This document shows positions 7,626 to 14,681 of a stretch of 53,246 bases of DNA, in pieces. The notes under the pieces are model-generated. The model searched no databases. It was given only the letters and a program-made list of their open reading frames with translations, and was not told where the DNA came from. The position numbers were made by a program, and so were the translations under genes. Source of the DNA: a virus; IMG/VR virus record IMGVR_UViG_3300043622_000001, positions 1 to 53,246 of that record; one strand, 5' to 3'. The first letter of the stretch is position 1. The number at the start of each line of letters is the position of its first letter.

Positions 7626-8569
7626 GCCGCCACCTCCGGGCCAGGGGTGAGTGCGATCGCCGGCGGCGACTCGCTCGCAATCTGCTTGCGAGCCGCGGTG
7701 AGAGCGCGCTTCGCGGCGTGCTCGCCGAGCCCGGTGGCGGCCGCGACCTTGTTCCAGTCGCCGCCGGCTCGCGCGATACGCAGGGCCTTGGGGTCGATGC
7801 GCTTCGTCCGTCCGTTGCGCAGCCCGGCCTCGGGAGGCTGCGATTCGTCGTGCGAGTCGACCGCCGCCTCCGCCGCGTCGTCCGCGCCCGAGACGTTCGC
7901 AGCCTCGCGCAGCTCCTCCAGCCGAGCGCGCTCGCGAAGGACCAGCTCGGTGACCGCGACCGCGAGGATGATCCCGATCCCGGGCACCATGGCCGCGATC
8001 AGGCGAACCCAGACGTCGGCGCGCGCGAGGTCGAGCAGCGAGAGGTCCAGATAGGGCTCGCCGTAGGTTGGCACCACAAGCGCACCGTGGAGCGCGTTGC
8101 CCGCGAGCGAGAGCGGCGCCGTCACGACGGTCACTGCGAACAGGCGCCACCGACGGGTGGCTGGCGACTTCCAGCGCGCGAGCAGGAACTGGCCGATCAC
8201 CGAGCACGTCAGCGGCGCGTCGAGCGCGACCGGCACCACGTGCGCAGGGCCGAAGGCGTAGCCCACGGCCATGAGCACGCCGACGAGGTTCCCGTAGGAG
8301 CCGTAGTAGCTCGACGCCAGCGTAGCCACGACGAGGAGCCACACGGTGGCCTCCAGCCAGTTGACCAGCGGCCAGTCGAGAGCGCGCCGCGACCAGCGCT
8401 CGCGCTCGCGCTGCGTTCGCCGCCGCCACGCGCCGATCCGATCGCCGAGCGAGGTGCCGGAGGGCCGCGGCGGCTTCGCGGGTCCGCTCGCGAGTTCCTT
8501 CGCAGGCTCGCTCGCGGTCGGTTCGTTCGCTGTTCGCATCCGCGATCGCAGGAGGCTCGCAAGTCGCAT
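7622..8569 (-). CDS. DUF2637-like membrane protein with a C-terminal HTH-like tail (first gene of the transfer-like operon)
   Basis: Start taken at ATG 8569 within ORF 7622..8692. Four hydrophobic segments with 'GPAHVVPVALDAPL', reminiscent of DUF2637 proteins that accompany FtsK-like genes in actinobacterial mobile elements. C-terminal 'GGDWNKVAAATGLGEHAAKRALTAARK'. Confidence 0.55.
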   Translation of the reverse strand: MRLASLLRSRMRTANEPTASEPAKELASGPAKPPRPSGTSLGDRIGAWRRRTQRERERWSRRALDWPLVNWLEATVWLLVVATLASSYYGSYGNLVGVLMAVGYAFGPAHVVPVALDAPLTCSVIGQFLLARWKSPATRRWRLFAVTVVTAPLSLAGNALHGALVVPTYGEPYLDLSLLDLARADVWVRLIAAMVPGIGIILAVAVTELVLRERARLEELREAANVSGADDAAEAAVDSHDESQPPEAGLRNGRTKRIDPKALRIARAGGDWNKVAAATGLGEHAAKRALTAARKQIASESPPAIALTPGPEVAA

Positions 8570-8651
8570 GGGCGCACATACTACACGATCTGGCGCACTT
8601 TGGCGCGTTAGATGGTATGGTTGGCGCGAAGTGCATGTACGATGCGCCCCA
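8570..8651. promoter_or_regulatory. Divergent control region with reiterated GGCGC(A/G)C boxes
   Basis: GGCGCAC at 8571 and 8592, GGCGCG at 8602 and 8623, and an inverted GGCGCA at 8643-8648. TANNNT boxes TATGGT (8616) and TACGAT (8638). Confidence 0.45.
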
Positions 8652-9335
8652 GTGCCGACGATCAAGTCCCTGGACGAAGCGGCGGAGATCACCGGGGTCC
8701 CGCGCCGAACCCTTCAGAGGTGGCTCAACGAGGGCAAGCTGACCCCTTGGACGATCGAGGGCGACCGGCGGCGCTTCGTGGACACCGACGAGATCAAGCT
8801 CCTACGGGAGCCGAAGCCAGCGCCCCGACCCGCCAAGGACCCGATCCCCCCGAAGCCGGTGGCCGCGGCGCGGACGCCCGGCCAGCGGCCGATGAGCGGT
8901 CCCGTCCACCCGCCGGTCGCGATGGCCGTCATCGTCCAGGCCGGCAAGGTGCTCATGACTCGACGTCGGTTCACGATCGACGTCGTAGGGGTTGGGCCGA
9001 CTCAGCTCTGGTCCTTCTGCTCCGGCGAGGTCGAGGTTGACGAGACGCCTGAGGCGGCGGCCATCCGCGAGACGGCCGAAGAGGTCGCGCTCGTGGTCCG
9101 CGCCGTGGACCGCATCGGCGAGCAGATCCACCCCAAGAGCCCAGACAAGCGCCTGTTCGTCTATGTCGCCTGCGAGGTGATCGCTGGCACGCCCCAGGTC
9201 ATCGACCACGAGGAACTGACCGAGTGGCGCTGGTGCACGCTGGAGGAGGCCGACGAGCTGGTGGCGATCATCGGCGGGTTCTACGGGCCCGTCCACGAGT
9301 ACCTGGAGCGCACGCTGGCGGGGGAGCGGACGTGA
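8652..9335 (+). CDS. MerR/excisionase-type HTH fused to a Nudix hydrolase (Pif-like)
   Basis: GTG 8652 within ORF 8346..9335 (alternative GTG 8631). N-terminal 'LDEAAEITGVPRRTLQRWLNEGKL'. Nudix box 'GEVEVDETPEAAAIRETAEEVAL'. Confidence 0.85.
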   Translation: MPTIKSLDEAAEITGVPRRTLQRWLNEGKLTPWTIEGDRRRFVDTDEIKLLREPKPAPRPAKDPIPPKPVAAARTPGQRPMSGPVHPPVAMAVIVQAGKVLMTRRRFTIDVVGVGPTQLWSFCSGEVEVDETPEAAAIRETAEEVALVVRAVDRIGEQIHPKSPDKRLFVYVACEVIAGTPQVIDHEELTEWRWCTLEEADELVAIIGGFYGPVHEYLERTLAGERT

Positions 9336-9919
9336 CCGCGCCGACCGACGAGCGAGCCGGCCTCTACCGGCTCTACGACGAGCACGACTTCCTGCTGTAC
9401 GTCGGCGTCAGCCTCTCGACCTTCCGCCGCCTGTCCGAGCACGCCCAGGGGAAGGGCTGGTGGCAGCAGGTGCGGAAGATCACGCTGGAACCTCAGTCCA
9501 GCAGGGCCGGCGCTCTCGCGGCAGAGGCGCGGGCCATCCTGGAGGAGTGCCCTCTCTACAACATCGCCGGCCAGCCCCTCGGGTTCGCGCCCGACGAGGA
9601 GTTGCCGCTCGCGGCTCCCGTTCTCGATCTCACTGGCTTGGCTCCGACCGACCTCGGCCAGGTCGCCTCCAGAGCCGCCGCAGGGTACGAGCGCCTCGGC
9701 TACTTCATCCTGCCGGCCTATCTGGTGATGAGCTGCATCGCCGCCTACGTCAACGGCGGGTCGCGGCAGGCTGCGCGAGACTGGATCGCAGGGGCCGTCC
9801 TCGTAGATGAGGTGGTCATGGGCATCGCGGCGGCGCTGGCCGTGGCCATGCTCATCTGGGTCCTCACGAAATGGCGGGCCGCGCGCAATGCCTCATTCGT
9901 CGAGGCGGTGGCGCCGTGA
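9332..9919 (+). CDS. GIY-YIG-type nuclease domain with two C-terminal transmembrane segments
   Basis: GTG 9332 overlaps the Nudix stop (GTGA). 'GLYRLYDEHDFLLYVGVS...RRLSEH...EARAILEECPLYN' fits GIY-(9-11)-YIG with conserved R, E and N. C-terminus has 'YFILPAYLVMSCIAAYV' and 'VVMGIAAALAVAMLIWVL'. Confidence 0.65.
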   Translation: MTAPTDERAGLYRLYDEHDFLLYVGVSLSTFRRLSEHAQGKGWWQQVRKITLEPQSSRAGALAAEARAILEECPLYNIAGQPLGFAPDEELPLAAPVLDLTGLAPTDLGQVASRAAAGYERLGYFILPAYLVMSCIAAYVNGGSRQAARDWIAGAVLVDEVVMGIAAALAVAMLIWVLTKWRAARNASFVEAVAP

Positions 9920-10080
9920 CCCGCCTCGCCCTGGAGCCCCTCTGGGTCGTCGTCGTGGTCCTATCGGGGCCGGTGGTCACGGCCACGCTGGCCGTGCTGC
10001 TGCACCTCACCGGCCGCCGGCTGAAGCGCCAAATCGACCTCCTTGCCGAGTACCTGCGGGAGTCGGAGACGCGAACGTGA
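9916..10080 (+). CDS. Small single-TM protein (54 aa), paralog of 10693..10938
   Basis: GTGA overlap. 'EPLWVVVVVLSGPVVTATLAVLLHLTGRRLKRQIDLLAEY' aligns with the product of 10693..10938. Confidence 0.55.
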   Translation: MTRLALEPLWVVVVVLSGPVVTATLAVLLHLTGRRLKRQIDLLAEYLRESETRT

Positions 10081-10307
10081 GCGACCTCATCGTCATCCGC
10101 TCCCGCTTCGAGGACCGCCTGCGGCGCATCAACGCCGATCTCCCGGTCGGTGCCACGGAGATCGGGGAGCTGTACACGATCCTGTACAACCATCGCCACG
10201 AGATCGCGGACATCGTCGCGGCGGCGCGCGAGCACTGGAGCGAGGGCGGCGACAGCGCCCGGTTGGCCAAGCAGGCGACTGACACGCTCCGGCGGCTGGA
10301 CTCGTGA
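10077..10307 (+). CDS. Hypothetical protein (76 aa)
   Basis: GTGA overlap at both ends. 'VSDLIVIRSRFEDRLRRINADLPVGATEIGELYTILYNHRHE'. Confidence 0.55.
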   Translation: MSDLIVIRSRFEDRLRRINADLPVGATEIGELYTILYNHRHEIADIVAAAREHWSEGGDSARLAKQATDTLRRLDS

Positions 10308-10693
10308 CCCTCTTCAGCGGTCCCGAGTACGCCTCGTACATCGCCCTCTGCCGCGAGCTGCGGCTGGAGCGGGATTTGCAGGAGGGCGATTGGTACTTCC
10401 ATGAGTCCCTTCGGCCCGATCAGGAAGAGGGCTGGGTACTGCTGGCCGCTGGCGACGAGCGCGCCGAGAGCTTCGAGGTCTGGCTCCCGCGCCTCGACCA
10501 GTGGCTCGCGATGCTGGAGGAGGCCGGAGCCGACTGCCCGGAGTTCGACCGCGAAACAACCACTGGTCACTACGTCCTCCGGCGTGGCATGCCCGACGAA
10601 TGGGGCCACAGTCAGTACGGAACCGGTCAAACCCGCGAGGAGGCCGCCGCCCGTCTCTGGAGGGCCGTGACCGGACGGACGGGGCCGGCGTAG
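10304..10693 (+). CDS. Hypothetical protein (129 aa)
   Basis: ORF track. Coupled start (GTGA). Acidic, soluble-looking. Confidence 0.6.
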   Translation: MTLFSGPEYASYIALCRELRLERDLQEGDWYFHESLRPDQEEGWVLLAAGDERAESFEVWLPRLDQWLAMLEEAGADCPEFDRETTTGHYVLRRGMPDEWGHSQYGTGQTREEAAARLWRAVTGRTGPA

Positions 10694-10938
10694 TGGAACC
10701 CCTCTGGGTCGACGTCGTGATCCTGTCCGGACTCCTGGCCGTGGCCGTGGCGCTCCTGGCTGTGCTGCTGAACCTGGCCGGTCGGCGGCTGCTGCGCTTG
10801 GAGCAGCGGCATGAACGCCTGGTCGCGATCGTGACGGCGCACCTCTCCGAGTGGCACTACGTCAGCTCGATGCCCGAGGCTCAGGCCGCCGACCAGCGCC
10901 AGATCGACCTCCTCGCCGCCTACAACCGCGAGGAGTAG
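10693..10938 (+). CDS. Small single-TM protein (81 aa), paralog of 9916..10080 with an internal insertion
   Basis: GTG 10693 overlaps the TAG of the upstream gene. 'EPLWVDVVILSGLLAVAVALLAVLLNLAGRRL...RQIDLLAAY'. Confidence 0.55.
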   Translation: MEPLWVDVVILSGLLAVAVALLAVLLNLAGRRLLRLEQRHERLVAIVTAHLSEWHYVSSMPEAQAADQRQIDLLAAYNREE

Positions 10939-11122
10939 GGCCTCGCTACCGAACGGACGCCCGGTGCCCGGCAGACGGATGCCACCCGCCTTCCTCCGGC
11001 GGCACAACGGCAGGCCGGTGCTCTTGAGGCGCTTGAGCTATGCCGGGCCGGGCGCCCTACGCCGACGCTGAGCCCGATCGTACGGGTTTGTACGGGTGCG
11101 TCCGACCCCGGAAAAGGAGAGA

Positions 11123-11152
11123 GACCCGGCCAGCCATCGGGCCAGCCGGGTC
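11123..11152. terminator. Structured element between convergent operons (candidate bidirectional terminator)
   Basis: GACCCGG (11123-11129) pairs with CCGGGTC (11146-11152). The interior holds a direct repeat GGCCAGCC-atcg-GGCCAGCC. Upstream tandem GTACGGGT at 11080 and 11090. Confidence 0.3.
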
Positions 11153-11185
11153 GCAGCGTGGGATCGGGGCGACGTCAGGTCAGGG

Positions 11186-11338
11186 TCAGTGCAGCCCCAG
11201 GTGCGGGAGGAGTTCGGTGAGAATCCAAGCCGCGAGCCCGAGCGCGATCAGGTTCACGCGGCCGATGGCGGGCACGAACATCGCGACCACGAAGGCCACG
11301 AAGCCGACGAACAGCAGGAGCGGGACGAGGATCGTCAC
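11186..11338 (-). CDS. Small two-TM membrane protein (50 aa), holin-like by position
   Basis: Translated by hand. GTG 11338 overlaps the upstream stop (GTGA). 'VTILVPLLLFVGFVAFVVAMFVPAIGRVNLIALGLAAWILTELLPHLGLH'. Confidence 0.45.
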   Translation of the reverse strand: MTILVPLLLFVGFVAFVVAMFVPAIGRVNLIALGLAAWILTELLPHLGLH

Positions 11339-11682
11339 CGCGCGCGAGCGTGCGCCGGTGCCGGCTGGTTGGGGACCACGAACACGCCGACCGCGGCCAG
11401 TGCGATCACGATGAGCTGCACGATCTCCGAGGTGGTCACCGGCCCGGCCACCAGGAAGCCCACGAGCGCGGTGGCGATGGCCATCAGCGCGGCCACGATC
11501 GCCTTCGAGTAGGCGGCGACACCCTCGGGCAGGTTGGGGACGATGACGACCCCGATCGCGCCGAGGCCGGCGATGGCGATGTTGACCAGCTCGACGCTGG
11601 TCACGTGCCCGTCGGTGACGGCCGCCGCGACCGCCGAGGCGACGGTGGCCAGGACCGCGGCGAGGAACTTGGCGTAGGTCAT
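11335..11682 (-). CDS. Holin-like polytopic membrane protein (115 aa)
   Basis: ATG 11682 is preceded by an AAGGAGG Shine-Dalgarno. About 4 hydrophobic segments. Immediately downstream of the peptidase gene. Confidence 0.6.
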   Translation of the reverse strand: MTYAKFLAAVLATVASAVAAAVTDGHVTSVELVNIAIAGLGAIGVVIVPNLPEGVAAYSKAIVAALMAIATALVGFLVAGPVTTSEIVQLIVIALAAVGVFVVPNQPAPAHARAR

Positions 11683-11693
11683 GAGGTCCTCCT

Positions 11694-12485
11694 TCAGACC
11701 TTGAGGTCGGCGAGCTGCTTCAGGTCGATGCCTTGGGATTTCAGCAGCACGTAGGTGGACAGGCGCATGCGCCCTGACCCGTGGTCGCCCCATTCATCCC
11801 CCCAGGAGTTCCGGAAGCGGATGACGCTGGCGTGCGGGTCGCGGTCGTCCCAGGACTCCAGGGCCTCGACGTAGACCTCGTGCCCACCGGCGACCGGCGT
11901 GTTCACCCAGCCGGGGTCGGAATCCACGAAGCCGTCAGCGTCGGGCTCGAACCACGCCTCCAGCCACGGCGTGCCCATGAGGACGCCGCCGCGCTGGAGC
12001 AGGGTTGCGAAGCCCTGCAGGCTCGTGGCCCAGACGTAGCGTCCGATCAAGCCGGCTGCCTTCAGCGCGCGGGCCACGCCCAGGCCGGAGGAGCCGGTGT
12101 CGTCGGGCGGGTAGGTGCCGGGGAAGCCGTCGTCCACGGTGGCATCCGAGTACAGCTCCACGGCCCACTTCTCGTCGAGTACCGCGTTCCCGCTGAGGGC
12201 GAGGTTGTGGAGCTGGAGCCGGTTCAGGCCCGCGGCGCCGACCAGCGCGGCCGTTGCGTAGGTGCCGGCGTTGCCGGTGCAGGAGCCGAGGTTGCCCTGG
12301 TCGAGCACGGGCAGCGGCGAGTGGTGGTCGGCAGGCCGGATGGAGACGCCGGCCAGAACCTCAAGCTCGCGCTCGATCGCGTAGGCCAGGGAGCGCGCAT
12401 CGAGGGCCAGGTGCCGGCCCAGCCGCTGCCCCTCGTGGACGACCTCCTCGAAGCGGTGCAGCAGGATGCCGTTGGTGACGAGCAT
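11694..12485 (-). CDS. Papain-like (C1 family) cysteine peptidase; candidate endolysin peptidase
   Basis: Catalytic triad context 'QGNLGSCTGNAG' (Cys), 'AGGHEVYV' (His), 'FRNSWGDEWGDHG' (Asn-Ser-Trp). Lies directly upstream of the holin-like genes. Confidence 0.8.
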   Translation of the reverse strand: MLVTNGILLHRFEEVVHEGQRLGRHLALDARSLAYAIERELEVLAGVSIRPADHHSPLPVLDQGNLGSCTGNAGTYATAALVGAAGLNRLQLHNLALSGNAVLDEKWAVELYSDATVDDGFPGTYPPDDTGSSGLGVARALKAAGLIGRYVWATSLQGFATLLQRGGVLMGTPWLEAWFEPDADGFVDSDPGWVNTPVAGGHEVYVEALESWDDRDPHASVIRFRNSWGDEWGDHGSGRMRLSTYVLLKSQGIDLKQLADLKV

Positions 12486-12555
12486 GGAGCCTCCTGCCGG
12501 CGGGCCGGCGCGGGTACTGGTACCCGGGGAACTACGCGGGGGTAGATCCGAGGAA

Positions 12556-13038
12556 CTACGTGGGGTTCAGGTACGCCGGCCAGGCGGCCAGCCACTTCGC
12601 GACGAGGTGGGCCTGAGCGTCCGCGAGGGTTGCCCGACCGGCGCAGACGTCCGCGTGCAGCGCGCCCTCGTCGCGGTCCTTCGGGTTCGAGAGCCCGAGC
12701 TCCGGGCTCAGGTTGTGCACGTCGCGCGTGGCGCCGCCGAGGCCGAGGGCCATCCGGTGGTCCTCCTCGTAGTCGTGCACCGTGCCGGGGAGTTGGAGCT
12801 CCACGAGCTGCCGCGCCTTGAGAGCGTCCGTGTAGTTCGACGAGGGCCTGACGGTCGCGGTCCAGCCGGCCACGCAGATGGTGGTAGCGATCGTCGCCTG
12901 AGCGACCGCCGGGTTGAGCTCGCAGAGGACGACGGCGCCCTGGTGGCAGGCCCCAGCCGGAGCCGAGGGTTGCGGCGATGGCGCGGGAGCTCCGCTCGGG
13001 CCGCAGACCACGAGGAGGGCGGCGAGGGCAAGCCTCAC
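12556..13038 (-). CDS. Secreted lipoprotein with an HNH-like (His-Me finger) motif
   Basis: GTG 13038 (GTGA overlap) within ORF 12556..13425. Lipobox 'ALLVVCG'. 'DYEEDHRMALGLGGATRDVHNLSPE' resembles D-H-x3-L-x2-GG-x5-N-L. Confidence 0.55.
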   Translation of the reverse strand: MRLALAALLVVCGPSGAPAPSPQPSAPAGACHQGAVVLCELNPAVAQATIATTICVAGWTATVRPSSNYTDALKARQLVELQLPGTVHDYEEDHRMALGLGGATRDVHNLSPELGLSNPKDRDEGALHADVCAGRATLADAQAHLVAKWLAAWPAYLNPT

Positions 13039-13394
13039 GGGTGCCGGGCCTCGGTGGGGCGCGGGGCTCGGCCGGGCTGGCTTCGACGGCGGGCGGACCA
13101 GTCCCGGACCCACCACACCAGCAGCAGCCAGCGGATGCCGCCGAGGCCGACGTAGGCCCCGATCAGCAGCGCCTCCGCCCAGATCGAGGGCGACGGCTGG
13201 TCGGTGATCACGTCCAGGCTGACGCCGATGACCCCGGCGTAGAGCGCGACCAGGGCCAGGGATTGCGTCCAGGTCAGCCAGGCCGGCAGCGACCGGAACG
13301 CGACACCCTTGCTCGGCGCCAACAGGATGACCAGCGCTAGCGGTGGCAGGATCGCGACCGCGGCCAGGCCGAGGCGGACCCACGCATAGGTCAC
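13035..13394 (-). CDS. Polytopic membrane protein (119 aa)
   Basis: ORF track. 3-4 hydrophobic segments. GTG start overlaps the upstream stop. Confidence 0.6.
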   Translation of the reverse strand: MTYAWVRLGLAAVAILPPLALVILLAPSKGVAFRSLPAWLTWTQSLALVALYAGVIGVSLDVITDQPSPSIWAEALLIGAYVGLGGIRWLLLVWWVRDWSARRRSQPGRAPRPTEARHP

Positions 13395-13804
13395 TTGCCC
13401 GACCCTGTCGCTCGCATCTCGGCACGGGCCGCGGCCAGCTCGGCGCGGGCGATGGCCAGCTCCGCTCGCGCCGACACCAGCTCTGCCCGGCTCGCCGTGA
13501 AGTCCCCCGTGAGCCGGGCCGTCTGGGCGCTGAGGATGCCGACCTGGCGATCGGCCACGCGGATGCGCTCCTCCAGCCCGATCACGACCAGCCGCTGCCG
13601 CTCCAACTCCTCGCGCAGCCCGCCCACCAACTCCTTGGCGGTGGTCACGAACTCGGAGTCCTCCTCCACCTTCGCCTTGCGGAGGTCGGAGGCCAACCGC
13701 CGCTTGTCCGATCGACGGTTGAGCAGAAAGTTGACGACCGCGAGCGCGGGCAGGGACACGATGAGCGTGGGCAGGATCGTGATCAGGGCGTTGGTCACGT
13801 TCAC
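13391..13804 (-). CDS. N-terminal TM plus coiled-coil protein (137 aa)
   Basis: GTG 13804 (GTGA overlap) within ORF 13391..14080. 'ITILPTLIVSLPALAVVNFLL' is followed by heptad-like 'SRAELVSARAELAIARAELAAARAEM'. Confidence 0.55.
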   Translation of the reverse strand: MNVTNALITILPTLIVSLPALAVVNFLLNRRSDKRRLASDLRKAKVEEDSEFVTTAKELVGGLREELERQRLVVIGLEERIRVADRQVGILSAQTARLTGDFTASRAELVSARAELAIARAELAAARAEMRATGSGK

Positions 13805-14214
13805 GGTGGGCGCGGCCCCGAGTTCAGGATCTCCTCGGCGGACAGACGCGCCGACTCCGAGCGCAGGCTGAGGCGCGCGCGGACGAGGCAGGCGATGGCC
13901 AGGGCCAGGAACATGGGACCGGTGACCAGGCCGCCGAGCCCGAGCCCGAGCAGGACGCTGACGCCGTACAGCGCGTACGCCGGCCCCAGCGTGCGCAGGC
14001 CCGCCCGCTCCAGCCAGGGCCTGCCGCCGTAGCGACCGGCGAGGGACGCCGCGCCGCTGACGAGGACCACGGCACCCCAAAGCCGCACGACCTCGGGCAC
14101 GTCGCCCAGCACGCGGGTCATGGCCGTGGAAACCGAGGCGCCGAGGACGATGGCCATGACCCCGATGGGGACCGCCGCCGCGCAGGCGGCGACCTGGAAG
14201 GGAGACTGAGCCAT
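13801..14214 (-). CDS. Polytopic membrane protein (137 aa)
   Basis: ATG 14214 within ORF 13801..14400. Four hydrophobic segments. Confidence 0.55.
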   Translation of the reverse strand: MAQSPFQVAACAAAVPIGVMAIVLGASVSTAMTRVLGDVPEVVRLWGAVVLVSGAASLAGRYGGRPWLERAGLRTLGPAYALYGVSVLLGLGLGGLVTGPMFLALAIACLVRARLSLRSESARLSAEEILNSGPRPP

Positions 14215-14255
14215 CCGGCCGCCGATGGTTGCCGCCTGCCGCGCCGACCTGGCTC

Positions 14256-14681
14256 CTACCCGTTGACGAGCCGCTTCTCGATCTCGTCTGCCGCCCACGC
14301 TCGCACCTGCTCTTCGGTGATCGACTCGCCCGGCGGGCCGGCGGGGCCGGGCTCCCCCGAGATCGCCATCTCGGCCGGCTGGGTGTCGATCACCTGCCAC
14401 TCCTGGATCACGCGGAAGTCATCGGCCGACATGACCTTCTGGCGCACCTTGTCGTCCGACCAGCGGGCCTCGAAGGAGAGGCGGTTGCCGTCGGTGTAGA
14501 CCTCGGGGCACACTGCCAGCCCGCCGGCCACGGTCAGGCCGGCGCCGGGAGCGCCGAGATCGCCGAGGGGCTTCTTGAAGCCGAGGATGTCGCCAGAACC
14601 GTTGTAGGCGCCCCAGTGCACGAGGCCGTCGTTGCCGACGTAGGCGCGGTGGAGGCGGCCAGCGAAGTTGATGCGGATCAC
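14256..14681 (-). CDS. Hypothetical protein with a short collagen-like G-X-Y run (141 aa)
   Basis: ORF track. 'GEPGPAGPPGE' near the C-terminus. Follows the glycoside hydrolase gene with an ATGA overlap. Confidence 0.6.
   Translation of the reverse strand: MIRINFAGRLHRAYVGNDGLVHWGAYNGSGDILGFKKPLGDLGAPGAGLTVAGGLAVCPEVYTDGNRLSFEARWSDDKVRQKVMSADDFRVIQEWQVIDTQPAEMAISGEPGPAGPPGESITEEQVRAWAADEIEKRLVNG

Noticed and set aside
11123-11152. GACCCGG/CCGGGTC in the hairpin considered as TraB recognition (clt-like GACCCGGA) repeats.
   Set aside because: A GC-rich 7-mer of this composition is expected dozens of times by chance in 53 kb, and other copies are scattered. No clustered array of 8-mers was seen, so a terminator hairpin is the simpler reading.
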